Positions 45,463 to 55,435 of a stretch of DNA of 56,037 nucleotides are shown here, in pieces; position 1 is the stretch's first letter; every line of letters starts with the position of its first letter. The notes beneath the pieces are model-generated. The model saw only the letters and a program-made list of their open reading frames with translations. It searched no databases and was not told where the DNA came from. The position numbers and the translations under genes are program-made. The stretch comes from a virus (lineage: Duplodnaviria; Caudoviricetes), in IMG/VR virus record IMGVR_UViG_3300024998_000001, positions 1 through 56,037 of that record, one strand, 5' to 3'.

Positions 45463-46719
45463 ATGCGTCCGATCTTCGGCGGCGCGCTCCGCGCTGCTGC
45501 AATCATCTTTGCGCTCTGCGCATCGTCACATGCTTATGCCGACGGCTTTGTTGGTGTCTGCGATCCGGCGACTCCGGGACATTGCATCCAGCCGAACGCA
45601 GATGGGAGCGTGAACGTCAGTGGTTCGTTTGCCGCCACGCTTTCGGGCTTCACGCCGAACGGGAATGTCGGCACGCCGGTCAGCGTGACCACGACCAGTT
45701 CATCACAGCAGTTGCCTGCGACAAGCGCGGTGGTCCTGATCGGCAACAAAGGTTCTTCACCGGCCTATGTGCGGCTGGGGGATTCGTCGGTTGCGGCCAC
45801 TGTCAACGACATCATGGTCCCGGCCGGTGGTGGATGCGCGCTGACGGTTGGTGCGAATACCTACATTGCTGCGATCACAGCTTCGGCCTCCACCACGCTC
45901 AATACGGCCGGTGGCACTGGGTTGGGACAGACCTGTTTTGGCGGGGGTAGTGGAAGTGGTGGAGGCGGCGGTGATGTGAACATCACGGCGGTCGGAGGGA
46001 ATTCCGTCTCCACTACTCTACCTGTTTCCGGCACTGTGACTGCCAATCTCGGCACGCTCAATGGCGCGGCCACGGCTGCCAATCAGACCACCGGCAATTC
46101 CTCCCTCTCGAATATCGATGCGAGCACGGCGGCGACGGCTTCCGCTGTTTCGGGCGTTGCGCAGGATACGAGCCTGACCCAGGTCCAAGGCACCTATTCG
46201 ACGGTGACGGGCAACAAGGTCTATGTGATGGACCCGTCCACCGGGAATCCGCTCACATATACCGGCGCGACCGATACCAATCTGACGCAGATCGGCGGCA
46301 CATCCGCTTCGGTGAATAGTGGGTCTGCGGATGGTGGCACGCTGCGTGTGGTGCCTGCCACGGGATCGAGCGTGTCTCTGGTTCCGGCCACGAGCGGTGG
46401 TCTTTCGACAGCCACGGCTGCGCTTTCGACAACCGTGACATCGGTCAAGGCGTCCGCCGGGCAGGTCTATGGCTGGTACGTCTATAATGCGAATTCTACG
46501 GCGTGCTATTTGCAGGTATTTAATACCGCTTCCGGCTCGGTCACGCTTGGAACGACCACACCTACCATGTCGCTCGGCATTCCCGCTGGCGGGGGCGCCA
46601 ATGTCGCGATGCCAAACGGAATTGCATTTTCTACAGCAATCTCCATGGCCGCTACCACGACGCGCGCAGGCTCTACAGCCTGCACCAGCGCGATCGATGT
46701 GAACATCCAATACAAGTGA
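45463..46719 (+). CDS. Ser/Thr-rich beta protein with Sec signal peptide (fibre/decoration-like)
   Basis: MRPIFGGALRAAAIIFALCASSHAYA|DG signal; aggag RBS; six Cys in the mature part. Confidence 0.75.
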   Translation: MRPIFGGALRAAAIIFALCASSHAYADGFVGVCDPATPGHCIQPNADGSVNVSGSFAATLSGFTPNGNVGTPVSVTTTSSSQQLPATSAVVLIGNKGSSPAYVRLGDSSVAATVNDIMVPAGGGCALTVGANTYIAAITASASTTLNTAGGTGLGQTCFGGGSGSGGGGGDVNITAVGGNSVSTTLPVSGTVTANLGTLNGAATAANQTTGNSSLSNIDASTAATASAVSGVAQDTSLTQVQGTYSTVTGNKVYVMDPSTGNPLTYTGATDTNLTQIGGTSASVNSGSADGGTLRVVPATGSSVSLVPATSGGLSTATAALSTTVTSVKASAGQVYGWYVYNANSTACYLQVFNTASGSVTLGTTTPTMSLGIPAGGGANVAMPNGIAFSTAISMAATTTRAGSTACTSAIDVNIQYK

Positions 46720-46727
46720 GAGGCGAC

Positions 46728-47495
46728 ATGCGCTTTCGTCTTGCATGCCTTGTCGCGGCTTGCCTGTTTCTGGCGAGCCCTTCACAGGCCGCTTTTTCCA
46801 TCACATCGTTGGGCGCCGATGGCTCTCAGACTGGGGCGACGGCTACGCTGGCGACGGTTGCTTCCTGTGCAGCGGGTAGCACTATTGTTGTTGGCGTATC
46901 GGATCGCAATACCAGCATAGGTTCTCAAGCTGTCGCGGACAGTGCGGGGAATACATACACCCGCATCAGTTTCACGATAGGCAACAACGTCATTGCTGCC
47001 TTCTATTACGCATACAACATTACGTCCTTGGTATCAGGCGCGAATATCCAGCTAACCAAGGCCAGTTCTGATCAAGGTTCACTTTCGGCGGTGTGTATCA
47101 CCGGTATGGCTTCCGGCGATCCGTTGGATACAGCAGTGACGAACTTCGCAGGATCGGCGGCCATCGGTCAGCCAACAGTCACTTCCGGGATTCCTTCGGT
47201 AAGTGGCGAGATGTTTATCGGTCTCGCGGCAACGCCGGGTGGCCTCGGCGCAGGCACTGAACCATCTGGCTTTTCTGCGCCGCCTGATACCTATGAGACG
47301 CAAGCCGCCGGCGCCGGTCGCCGCGTCTTTGGCGGCAATATGGTTGAGGTAGGAACGTCTGCTCATGTCTATAATCCCACGTTTGCCACCGTGCCGAATG
47401 CGTGGGCGGCTGGAATTATCGGCATCAAACCTGCGGGCGCGGCGCCCCCGCCATCAACATTGCATGGCTTCGGTCTTCTTGGCGTGGGAGGTTGA
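46728..47495 (+). CDS. Beta-rich protein with Sec signal peptide
   Basis: [21 protein letters not shown]|AF signal; two Cys in the mature part; C-terminal LLGVGG. Confidence 0.75.
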   Translation: MRFRLACLVAACLFLASPSQAAFSITSLGADGSQTGATATLATVASCAAGSTIVVGVSDRNTSIGSQAVADSAGNTYTRISFTIGNNVIAAFYYAYNITSLVSGANIQLTKASSDQGSLSAVCITGMASGDPLDTAVTNFAGSAAIGQPTVTSGIPSVSGEMFIGLAATPGGLGAGTEPSGFSAPPDTYETQAAGAGRRVFGGNMVEVGTSAHVYNPTFATVPNAWAAGIIGIKPAGAAPPPSTLHGFGLLGVGG

Positions 47496-47497
47496 CG

Positions 47498-50400
47498 ATG
47501 CCAAAGCCTCTCTGGATGACAACGCAAAAGGGTTCTGCGCCCGCGCCGACTGGCGTCAGCACGACGCCAGGCACTCTCTCAGTCCTTGCTAATGCGTCAG
47601 CGGGTACGATTGTCGCTTCATTGGCGATGATCGGCGGTACCGGTGGCGTGAACCATTTCACCGTTTCCGGCAATGCGAACTTCGCGATTTCCGGCAGCAA
47701 TCTCGTTGTGGCGTCTGGAGCCAGTTTTACGCCGGGCGTGGATCAGGCGGTTACCATCGGCGTAGTGGATAATAATGGTGGCACCTATACCGATCCGGTA
47801 CCGCGCGCGCTCGTTGTTCCTGCAGGGCCTTCGGTTGTCGCACTCACCGGCAACACGATTGCCGATAATGCCGCTTCGGGGTCGATTGTCGGTTCGATCT
47901 CGGTCACCGGTGGCACCGCCCCATACACCTTCACCGATCTAACAGGGAATTCGAATTTCAGACTTTCTCCGACCTCTGGTGCATCGTCCAGCTTGGTCGT
48001 AAGCAGCACTGGCCCTGGCTCTGTCGGCACGCAGAGCGTCAATATTCAAGTGACAGATGCGGCTGGACTCATAGCCTCCACCGGAAGTCAGACGATTACC
48101 GTCACTGATCACACCGCATCACAGACGTTATTCTCTTTCATTCTCGCGAATGACGGTGCCGCTGCCCCAGCCGGGTCACCATCTGATCTGGAAGGCTTCG
48201 GCTTCGTCAAAGGGGATATTCCTTACGGCACCTATCCGGCCTTCTCCCTGAAGGATGGTACGGCGGTCCCTTATTCAATGACCACGGAAGACTTTACCCT
48301 ATGGGCGCCGAAGGCCGCCTTTGTTGGATCAATCTCTGGCACGACTCTCACCGTCACGAAGGTGTTCAACGGTGCGATTGCCGTCGGTGACAATCTAGTC
48401 TGTTACGGAATGACCGCTGGCACAAAGATTACGGCGTTGGGCACCGGCTCCGGCGGGACCGGCACCTATACGGTGAACAACTCCCAATCGCTCAATCTCG
48501 TTCAGATCATATCCAAACATTCGCTTTGGGAAGCTACATTCCAGTTTCGCTGCCCGATCGCGATCCCGGCAAGCGTGACGCTGACATGCACGCTTGTGGC
48601 AGGAAACAAAAACGTCACGGTCACCGCAGGAAATACGTCTTCCATTGCGGTTCACATGGGTATGCAGTGCGCGACCAAACTGTTGCCGCTCAAGCCCACA
48701 GGCGTCGAGAGCATAACTGACGGCACGCACTTCGTTATGACGCAGCCCGCGGCCGTCAGTGGGACGGCCAGCGTTGTCTTTTCCGGGTGGCTCGTGGATT
48801 GCAAAACGAACGGCACCGGACCTGGCACGTGCTCGCGCTCGCTAACGGATTTTTCGGCCGGCGGCCTCAACATCAAATCGACCGGCATCGGTCTCACCAA
48901 TATCTCCGGCACGAATGTCGCAAGTATCAACAACAGCATCGCCAACAATTCACCGGCGAACTACCTGTTCATGGATGGCGCGGTAGGGCGCACCTACAAA
49001 TTTTATGATCGTTATCGAGTGAGCGGTACACCAGACCCCTGCGTGTATGCCAATTTCTATGCTCAGGTGATTGAGGATATTGCGGGCGGCATGTGGGGTA
49101 TCCGCAATCTCACAATGGTGCGCAACGGATTTTATGACGGATCGAGCAATCATCATTGCGCCTTTTCATCCATGATTACAGACGATGGACTGGGCACTTC
49201 GTATGATGTTTATCCGTCAGGCACATTAGGACGCAGGCGAACCTGCACGATGCGGGCAGCCAACAATGCGACAATCGATTCGACCGGTAGCACTTTCGCT
49301 GGCGGCGAATATGCGATGGTAACCGCAGATGAAGGCACTACGCCCCCTGCGCCGCTTGTGACGGGCAATATGTATTGGGTGCAACGGGCCAATGACAATT
49401 CGTTTTACCTTGCGACATCATCGACACTCTCAGGCTCTCCGCAAGTCAAATTGACCGCAGATAAGACCGGTAGCGGCAACTGGTATGTTACGCCATATCC
49501 GTGGGCAGTGTCTTTCGCTGCGATACCAGATGCCAATTCCGAAGGTCGCGCAAATTTCTTTAAAGGAACGGGAAGCGCCGACACAGACGTTCAACTGCGC
49601 ATTGTCCGCGATCCTTACTATGATCGCAAAGTTGGCTTCATCCCCGCCTTTGATCTGGAAAGCGCGGAGACAAAAAGACCAAATCACTATACATCTGACA
49701 ACCCCTACTATCTGGGTACCATCAATCCTTATGGCACACGTGGGATGGCAGGCGGCCCAGAGCAGACGCAATGGGATGCCTGTTCGGCCAATCAGATATT
49801 CACCCAGGACCAGATTTCGGCGCGCTACGTCCGCATGTTTGCTCTGCTTGGCACGTTGTTCGGGTATCGTTATCGTTCCGTGACGTATCCGGATCGCTAT
49901 CCACCTCTCAATAACGGCACAGATAGCGCAGGGTCGCTCTATAGAGACCTGCCAGCACCAGCTCCGACGCTCTACCGTTTGAACATCGCCAATCCGCCTT
50001 CCGGTAATATTCTGCCGGGAGTAGATGGGAACGACCTTTCCCATCTACCGCAATTCTTCGTCGGCCCCGTCGTCAAGTATCGAGAGCCTTGGATGCTGGA
50101 AGGGCTTCTTGATTTCGGCATGTATGCAAACATGGATCAGGATTATTCCTTCCTCCACACTGATCCGGTTAACTGGACGCAGAGTTTTGCCAAGCCGAAC
50201 ACATGGAAGGTTCGTGCTCGTCGGCAGACGAGAAACCCCAGTTTCGGAAACGTGCTGCGCTATGGCATCGTTAACCTTGGGTCTAACGATCAGGCGGGCC
50301 GCTACGATACAGGCCGATTGATGGCGCAGACGGCAGCCGCCCTTCACACGCCATCAGGGTATGCGGAATCATCTGTCATTTATGACATGATGAACGACAC

Positions 50401-51319
50401 GCTTGTGACCTTGAAGGAGGTTATCACCGATCCCAATCGTCCGAATCTCGGCGAGGAAAGTGGATGGTTATTCAAGGGCAATAATAACCTCACATGGCAC
50501 GACAATTGGCAGGCTACCAATTACACAGGCTTTGCCCTTGCTGTGGCCGCGAATTGGAAGGAACGCAACCCAGACATTCTGCTGCCGATGAGCGAATTGG
50601 TGAAATACAATTGCTGGCTCGTGAAAAACCTCGGGCCATGGGCGCTGAAACAATATATCCAGAATGTTGGTAATACTGGTGACGGCAAAGGGTACGATCT
50701 TGTTTATGACCATGATGGCATAACGACATGGAAGCGGATGGGCTTCCTGTCGAGTTTCAAGTTAACGTGGACGGCTGGAAACGCGCTCATCACATGGGCC
50801 AATCAGTCATCGTCGAGCATGACGACATGGTATGGCTATTCGCTGACCAGTGGCGATATCCTGAACTTCAATCATACAGACAATGAGCCTTCCACGTCGT
50901 TTCTTGGGGCGGATCACTTCCCACTTACGGCTTCGCGGCCATATTTTATCGAGCGTGTTTCGGATACCACTTTCTATCTTCACCAATTTGATAACCAGGC
51001 CAATTGGGACGCCGAAGGCACCGATCCACCGCTTATTCCGTCACTCGATTATGGCGGTGCACATGATGGTGTATTTTTCGCTCCCCACACGCCGAGCGTT
51101 CTTTCATTCCCCGCATCGGTGAACTTGTCGGATCCTGATGATTTTTTCCTGCGCGCCGCGGCCATGACAGGTGCCTGCATCGCTCATGGCGCCACCGGAT
51201 ATGACACGGATGCTTATGCGACGCTTCAAGCGGCGTTTACAGCCGCAAAGGTCGGAACGAACATCCAATTCGAAAGCAATACGGATAACTGTATCAACTA
51301 TGTGACCGATCATCTTTGA
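47498..51319 (+). CDS. Large (1273 aa) multidomain fibre/spike-like protein with N-terminal cadherin/Ig-like repeats
   Basis: Two cadherin-like units (NA..G.IV..L/I....F.IS), [12 protein letters not shown]...[10 protein letters not shown] module, aromatic-rich C-terminal domain; ggagg RBS. Confidence 0.75.
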   Translation: MPKPLWMTTQKGSAPAPTGVSTTPGTLSVLANASAGTIVASLAMIGGTGGVNHFTVSGNANFAISGSNLVVASGASFTPGVDQAVTIGVVDNNGGTYTDPVPRALVVPAGPSVVALTGNTIADNAASGSIVGSISVTGGTAPYTFTDLTGNSNFRLSPTSGASSSLVVSSTGPGSVGTQSVNIQVTDAAGLIASTGSQTITVTDHTASQTLFSFILANDGAAAPAGSPSDLEGFGFVKGDIPYGTYPAFSLKDGTAVPYSMTTEDFTLWAPKAAFVGSISGTTLTVTKVFNGAIAVGDNLVCYGMTAGTKITALGTGSGGTGTYTVNNSQSLNLVQIISKHSLWEATFQFRCPIAIPASVTLTCTLVAGNKNVTVTAGNTSSIAVHMGMQCATKLLPLKPTGVESITDGTHFVMTQPAAVSGTASVVFSGWLVDCKTNGTGPGTCSRSLTDFSAGGLNIKSTGIGLTNISGTNVASINNSIANNSPANYLFMDGAVGRTYKFYDRYRVSGTPDPCVYANFYAQVIEDIAGGMWGIRNLTMVRNGFYDGSSNHHCAFSSMITDDGLGTSYDVYPSGTLGRRRTCTMRAANNATIDSTGSTFAGGEYAMVTADEGTTPPAPLVTGNMYWVQRANDNSFYLATSSTLSGSPQVKLTADKTGSGNWYVTPYPWAVSFAAIPDANSEGRANFFKGTGSADTDVQLRIVRDPYYDRKVGFIPAFDLESAETKRPNHYTSDNPYYLGTINPYGTRGMAGGPEQTQWDACSANQIFTQDQISARYVRMFALLGTLFGYRYRSVTYPDRYPPLNNGTDSAGSLYRDLPAPAPTLYRLNIANPPSGNILPGVDGNDLSHLPQFFVGPVVKYREPWMLEGLLDFGMYANMDQDYSFLHTDPVNWTQSFAKPNTWKVRARRQTRNPSFGNVLRYGIVNLGSNDQAGRYDTGRLMAQTAAALHTPSGYAESSVIYDMMNDTLVTLKEVITDPNRPNLGEESGWLFKGNNNLTWHDNWQATNYTGFALAVAANWKERNPDILLPMSELVKYNCWLVKNLGPWALKQYIQNVGNTGDGKGYDLVYDHDGITTWKRMGFLSSFKLTWTAGNALITWANQSSSSMTTWYGYSLTSGDILNFNHTDNEPSTSFLGADHFPLTASRPYFIERVSDTTFYLHQFDNQANWDAEGTDPPLIPSLDYGGAHDGVFFAPHTPSVLSFPASVNLSDPDDFFLRAAAMTGACIAHGATGYDTDAYATLQAAFTAAKVGTNIQFESNTDNCINYVTDHL

Positions 51320-51326
51320 TGAAGTT

Positions 51327-51545
51327 CTAACCTTCGCGAAGACCCTTTTCGCTTTCCCAGCCATTTATCGTGTGACAGTCGTCGCAAACAATTGCGATTC
51401 CGAACTGGCGCTCGACTTTATTGAGATGACCACCGCAGACATAGCAGGACAGATCAAATATCGATCGAAGGCGGCGCAGCCAGCCGCGTTTCCGTTTGGT
51501 CTCTGCCTCGCTAACGAAATGATTCTTGTCATTTTGGACGTTCAT
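51327..51545 (-). CDS. Small zinc-finger-like protein (counter-oriented)
   Basis: CYVC...CDDC; fills the gap between the fibre and lysis genes. Confidence 0.45.
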   Translation of the reverse strand: MNVQNDKNHFVSEAETKRKRGWLRRLRSIFDLSCYVCGGHLNKVERQFGIAIVCDDCHTINGWESEKGLREG

Positions 51546-51653
51546 TGCGCCCCCACCATTTTCATCCCCGATATGATCGTATGGCGATCTCGTCCGGAAA
51601 CAAGTGGCATTTGGCCTGTCAGGTTAACTGACTTAAATCTCTGGTAAATTCCG

Positions 51654-52124
51654 ATGCAGACTTTCCGGCTGTCCCGGCAAGACGGGACGGATGACGCGAC
51701 TCGTGGCGAGATAACCGGTTTTAACGGTGGTCACATCTGCGCCACGCTGGAGGATGCAGGACGGACGGAGAAGGTGCCGGGCCGGACCCGGATACCGGCT
51801 GGGACCTACCGGCTGGGCTTCCACGCCTCTCCCCGGTTCGACAAGTCGTACCGGTCGAGGATCGATCGGGCAGGGGAACGCTATCGCGGCATGATCGAGG
51901 TCCGGGGCGTGCCGAACTTCACGGCCATCCTGATCCATTGCGGCAATACGGTCGAAGACACGGCGGGATGCGTTCTTGTGGGCGAGCGCGTGATTGCCAC
52001 GACCAACGGTCTCTACATCCCCGGCGGCGAAACGTGGCCTGCCTTCCTCCGTCTCTATCCAATCCTCACGGAAGCGATCGAGCGCGGCGGGGCCGAACTC
52101 ATCATTACCGATCCTCACAAATAG
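51654..52124 (+). CDS. DUF5675-family (L,D-transpeptidase-like) putative endolysin
   Basis: TLE, IPAGTY, VPNF..ILIH.GNT..DT.GC.LVG. Confidence 0.85.
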   Translation: MQTFRLSRQDGTDDATRGEITGFNGGHICATLEDAGRTEKVPGRTRIPAGTYRLGFHASPRFDKSYRSRIDRAGERYRGMIEVRGVPNFTAILIHCGNTVEDTAGCVLVGERVIATTNGLYIPGGETWPAFLRLYPILTEAIERGGAELIITDPHK

Positions 52125-52133
52125 GACCTATCC

Positions 52134-52889
52134 ATGCTCCACGATCCAGCCGTGTGCAGGCTCGGCAAGCGGCCTGCACGCCATGACGCACGTACATTGC
52201 GCTTCTCGACCTATGCCAAGGAACTACCGCCGATCCCGGCTGCCATTGCATGGGGTGCGGCGGTAAAAGACTGGCCGATGCTTGGGAACAATCGTTTTGG
52301 CGATTGCGCATTCGCCGGAGCAGCGCATATCGAACAGCAATTCGCTGGCGCCAATGGCAAATCCTTCGTTCCGGCCGAAGCCGATGTGCTGAATGATTAT
52401 TCCGCCGTCACCGGCTTCGATCCCGACAAACCCTATACGGATCGGGGCACCTTTCTTCTCGACGCCCTTAATTACTGGCGCAAAACCGGTGTCTGTGGCG
52501 GACGCAAGATCGACGCATACGTCATGGCAAAGCATGACGATCCCGATCAGATCAGGGCCGCCATCTATCTGTTCGGTGCCGCCTATGTCGGCGTGCAGCT
52601 ACCCATGTCAGCCTTCGATCAGAAGGTTTGGGACATTCAAGGCAGCATGTTCAATCCCGACAATAAGCCGGGTTCGGCCGGTGGTCATTGCGTGTGCCTT
52701 GTCGGGTATGACGCTGACGGCCCGATCTGCATCACGTGGGGACAGGTCAAGCGCATGACGTGGCGCTGGTGGCTTCAATATGCCGACGAAGCCTACGCGT
52801 GCGTTTCGCACAATTGGTATCCAACCGGCATAGCCCCGAACAATTTCAACTATGTCCAGCTTCAGGCCGACGCCGCCGCGTTTGGCTGA
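52134..52889 (+). CDS. Papain-like cysteine peptidase
   Basis: W.MLGN..FGDC..A (Cys), GGHCV..VGYD (His), ITWG. Confidence 0.75.
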   Translation: MLHDPAVCRLGKRPARHDARTLRFSTYAKELPPIPAAIAWGAAVKDWPMLGNNRFGDCAFAGAAHIEQQFAGANGKSFVPAEADVLNDYSAVTGFDPDKPYTDRGTFLLDALNYWRKTGVCGGRKIDAYVMAKHDDPDQIRAAIYLFGAAYVGVQLPMSAFDQKVWDIQGSMFNPDNKPGSAGGHCVCLVGYDADGPICITWGQVKRMTWRWWLQYADEAYACVSHNWYPTGIAPNNFNYVQLQADAAAFG

Positions 52890-52940
52890 GCCGCGGCGCG
52901 GGCGGTTTCCCGCGCATCTCACCACCAAGGAGAAACCAGA

Positions 52941-53126
52941 ATGACTGGTTATCGTACCATCGTGGCCGCCGCGGTGCTGACCGTGCTGGGCGCGCTGCAG
53001 GGCCTCGACTGGGCCCAACTAATCCCCAACAACCCCGAGGTTGTGGGTTGGGTTCTGACCGGCATCGGCGCCGTAATGGCCGTGTTGCGGGTCGTCACCA
53101 AAACACCGGTTGGGGGCCAGAAATGA
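52941..53126 (+). CDS. Holin-like two-TM protein
   Basis: GYRT..., two TM helices, LR.VT.TPVG C-terminus; aaggag RBS. Confidence 0.7.
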   Translation: MTGYRTIVAAAVLTVLGALQGLDWAQLIPNNPEVVGWVLTGIGAVMAVLRVVTKTPVGGQK

Positions 53127-53674
53127 GCCGCAACAAAACAGCCATGGCATTCGTGATCGGCGCAGCCCTCCTGCTCGCGTCGTGTTCCTCCATCAACGGC
53201 ATTTTCGTCTCGCTTCAGTCGGGTATGAACTACATCGGAGACAGCGGTCTCATCTTCAACGGCTTCCAGAAAGTCTATTTGACCCTCTGCGACGTACCGG
53301 AAAAACCGGGTTATTGCGATCAGATCGCGCCGAAGATGAAGGCGGCCGATGTCGCCGCCATCAATGCCTATCAGGTGGCTATTGACGGTGCGCTCGCCGC
53401 CAATGCCGATCCACAGGCCGTCGGTAAGCTGGCAGCCGATACCGCGAACGCCGTGTTTTCGGTCGAGCAGATCGTGCTTCTGGCTCAAGCCAAATCGGGC
53501 CTGAAAGGTGATGCGCTCCATACAGCCGTGACCGTGGCAGGTGTCACCTTCACGGTCGGACTGCAAACCGCAATGGCGGTGACTTTCTTAAACCAGAAGG
53601 GCGCGACTGCCGAGGACCTTCAAAACATCCTCGACACCATCAAAGCGGATGACGCGCGCATTCAGGCTTTGTGA
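53123..53674 (+). CDS. Lipoprotein (possible spanin-like component)
   Basis: MSRNK...ALLLASC lipobox in the lysis cassette. Confidence 0.65.
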   Translation: MSRNKTAMAFVIGAALLLASCSSINGIFVSLQSGMNYIGDSGLIFNGFQKVYLTLCDVPEKPGYCDQIAPKMKAADVAAINAYQVAIDGALAANADPQAVGKLAADTANAVFSVEQIVLLAQAKSGLKGDALHTAVTVAGVTFTVGLQTAMAVTFLNQKGATAEDLQNILDTIKADDARIQAL

Positions 53675-53677
53675 GCG

Positions 53678-53854
53678 ATGGACGGCGTTCGGAAATCCCT
53701 CGCGGTATTGCTTGCGTTGACAGGCGGTGCGGCCATGACGGCCGCGCTCGTCCTGTTCACGCTTCAAATCCAAATGGGCGTCGTCATTGTCTCCACTGTG
53801 ATCGGTGGCGTCTGCGCCTTCGCAGCAATCGGAATCAGTATCGTTCGGGAGTAA
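53678..53854 (+). CDS. Small two-TM protein (58 aa, not in the ORF track)
   Basis: MDGVRKSLAVLLALTGGAAMTAALVLFTLQIQMGVVIVSTVIGGVCAFAAIGISIVRE. Confidence 0.55.
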   Translation: MDGVRKSLAVLLALTGGAAMTAALVLFTLQIQMGVVIVSTVIGGVCAFAAIGISIVRE

Positions 53855-53860
53855 TAGCCA

Positions 53861-54208
53861 ATGGACGCAAATCAGGGCGGGGGCCCGGACGTCTGGGATT
53901 ATGCGTGGATGACGGCGTTGAGTTTCGCCGGCGCCTTCCTCAGATCCCAGCGATGGCTTGGCCCTGATGGAAAGATTGTCTGGCTTCGCGTGATCTCCGA
54001 ACTATTCACGGCGATTGCCATGGGCGCCGTCGTTATCGCTGTGGGCGACAAATACCAACTCGACCGGCCCATTGTCGGCGGTCTCGCCGGGTTTGCCGGA
54101 TTTGTCGGACCAGCAGCGCTGATCGAAGCACTCCCTGCCATCATCAAAGCCAAGTTCGGTATTGGAATTGGAGGCGTGAATGTATCAGACGATGGAAAAT
54201 CGAAGTAA
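53861..54208 (+). CDS. Holin-like three-TM protein (LydA-like)
   Basis: Three hydrophobic segments; ELFTA...G, GLAG.AG..G. Confidence 0.65.
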   Translation: MDANQGGGPDVWDYAWMTALSFAGAFLRSQRWLGPDGKIVWLRVISELFTAIAMGAVVIAVGDKYQLDRPIVGGLAGFAGFVGPAALIEALPAIIKAKFGIGIGGVNVSDDGKSK

Positions 54209-54407
54209 AGCGACCCATTGGTATGACGCATGGTCGATACGGATCGGCTCGATTGTCTTCGCCTTTCTGTGCGGTATGGCAGCCAACAATGGCTACGTCA
54301 CCCAAGGCGCGGTTTCCGACCATATAGAGCGACTGGCGCATGACCTGAGACAGGATGGCTGTCGCGTCAGCCAATATGAAGTCGATCAGGCCCTGACGCG
54401 GCGATGA
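54192..54407 (+). CDS. Small membrane-anchored protein
   Basis: One TM helix; overlaps the previous stop. Confidence 0.45.
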   Translation: MENRSKATHWYDAWSIRIGSIVFAFLCGMAANNGYVTQGAVSDHIERLAHDLRQDGCRVSQYEVDQALTRR

Positions 54408-54438
54408 TCAGTTGGCGCAACAGCTTGGCGGCGTAGCC

Positions 54439-54807
54439 ATGGCACAGGTCAGCAAATACCTCCGCCGCGTTGGAGGCGGCTACGCGCACTGGTGTCCGGG
54501 TTGCGGCGAGACCCATGTCATATTTGATCGGTGGGCATTCGACGGGAACGTGGACAAGCCAACGTTCAATCCCAGCGTCAAGATCACCGGCAAGCAATGC
54601 GTGATCGTCGACGGAGAATGGACGGGGGAATGGGTGCGCGATGCCAACGGCAATGCGGTGGATATGTGTTGCCATTACTTCCTTCACGCGGGCCAGATCG
54701 AGTTTTGTGGTGACTGCACGCATTCCTTGAGCGGCAAAACCGTGCCGCTTCCAGAGTTGAAACCCGCGCCCGGCGGTTCTGGGCAATCGCAGAAGCAGGA
54801 GAAGTAG
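54439..54807 (+). CDS. DUF6527-family protein
   Basis: WCPGC...H....W.F.GN..KPTF.PSV...CHYF...GQI.FC.DCTH. Confidence 0.75.
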   Translation: MAQVSKYLRRVGGGYAHWCPGCGETHVIFDRWAFDGNVDKPTFNPSVKITGKQCVIVDGEWTGEWVRDANGNAVDMCCHYFLHAGQIEFCGDCTHSLSGKTVPLPELKPAPGGSGQSQKQEK

Positions 54808-54808
54808 C

Positions 54809-55153
54809 ATGTTTACGATTAAGCACATCAACGCCGCAGGAATTGAAGAGCTCTATTCGAGCACCAAATGTCGTTTCCACCCGAAAGGGCTGTGCAACGG
54901 TACAGCACTCAATAGCGAGAGTTCTGGGATCATTCATTTAGACGGCGTGACCACACTGCACGGCGGTACAGTTTTTGTAATGAATGAGACAGGAAAGACC
55001 GTCGCGCGATATGATCTCGGCGCATCGCCAGTTCCGATTGTCGGAGACGGATTAAGCGACCCCCGGCCGTTGGGCACCGGAATGCCGGACGCATTTCCCG
55101 TCCAAGACGTTGGGATCTGCCACCAAACGATTCCGCCCAATCAAGCATCGTGA
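54809..55153 (+). CDS. Hypothetical phage protein
   Basis: MFTIK...VFVMNE.GKTVARY.L pattern. Confidence 0.65.
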   Translation: MFTIKHINAAGIEELYSSTKCRFHPKGLCNGTALNSESSGIIHLDGVTTLHGGTVFVMNETGKTVARYDLGASPVPIVGDGLSDPRPLGTGMPDAFPVQDVGICHQTIPPNQAS

Positions 55154-55159
55154 TATACT
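55151..55159 (+). promoter_or_regulatory. Extended -10 promoter (TGnTATACT)
   Basis: TGATATACT ends 5 nt before the tRNA-like acceptor stem. Confidence 0.65.
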
Positions 55160-55164
55160 GAATT

Positions 55165-55358
55165 GCTGCGGCGGCGTGGAAGCAGAAGGTCTTGAAGCGG
55201 CTCGTCCGCGTAGGGATTAGAGACACGCGATGCCATAGCCTACCGGCCCAGATCAGGCCGTCCCTTATGGCTGGTGTAAGGCAGATTGCCGAGAAGTGCG
55301 CACATCGAGAGATGGCCAGGGAGTAGGCAGCCTCATTAGCGCGAGGCCCGCAGCACCA
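55165..55358 (+). ncRNA. Enlarged tRNA-like structured RNA with ACCA 3' end
   Basis: GCTGCGG/CCGCAGC acceptor plus ACCA; D-like stem GCGTG/CACGC; T-like arm GCCTC-8nt-GAGGC adjacent to the acceptor; upstream promoter and downstream terminator; no credible ORF. Confidence 0.7.
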
Positions 55359-55364
55359 CTAGCT

Positions 55365-55405
55365 CCCCGCCGGACATGACCTGAAAGGGTCCCCGGCGGG
55401 GTTTT
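55365..55405 (+). terminator. Intrinsic terminator hairpin
   Basis: ccccgccgg / ccggcgggg stem with an inner gacct-GAAA-gggtc, followed by tttt. Confidence 0.7.
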
Positions 55406-55435
55406 CATTACCTTCCGTTAGCTACCTGTGATTCA

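Noticed and set aside
51624-51647. Possible CtrA site before the lysis genes (TTAAC half-site; TTAA-N7-GTAA)
   Set aside because: One mismatch, and the exact TTAA pair is spaced by 5 rather than 7; too weak alone.
55165-55358. tmRNA, selenocysteine tRNA or ordinary tRNA-Ile(GAT)
   Set aside because: No G3-U70 alanine determinant or tag reading frame, no TCA anticodon, no TTC T-loop, no U33/R37. Kept only as tRNA-like.
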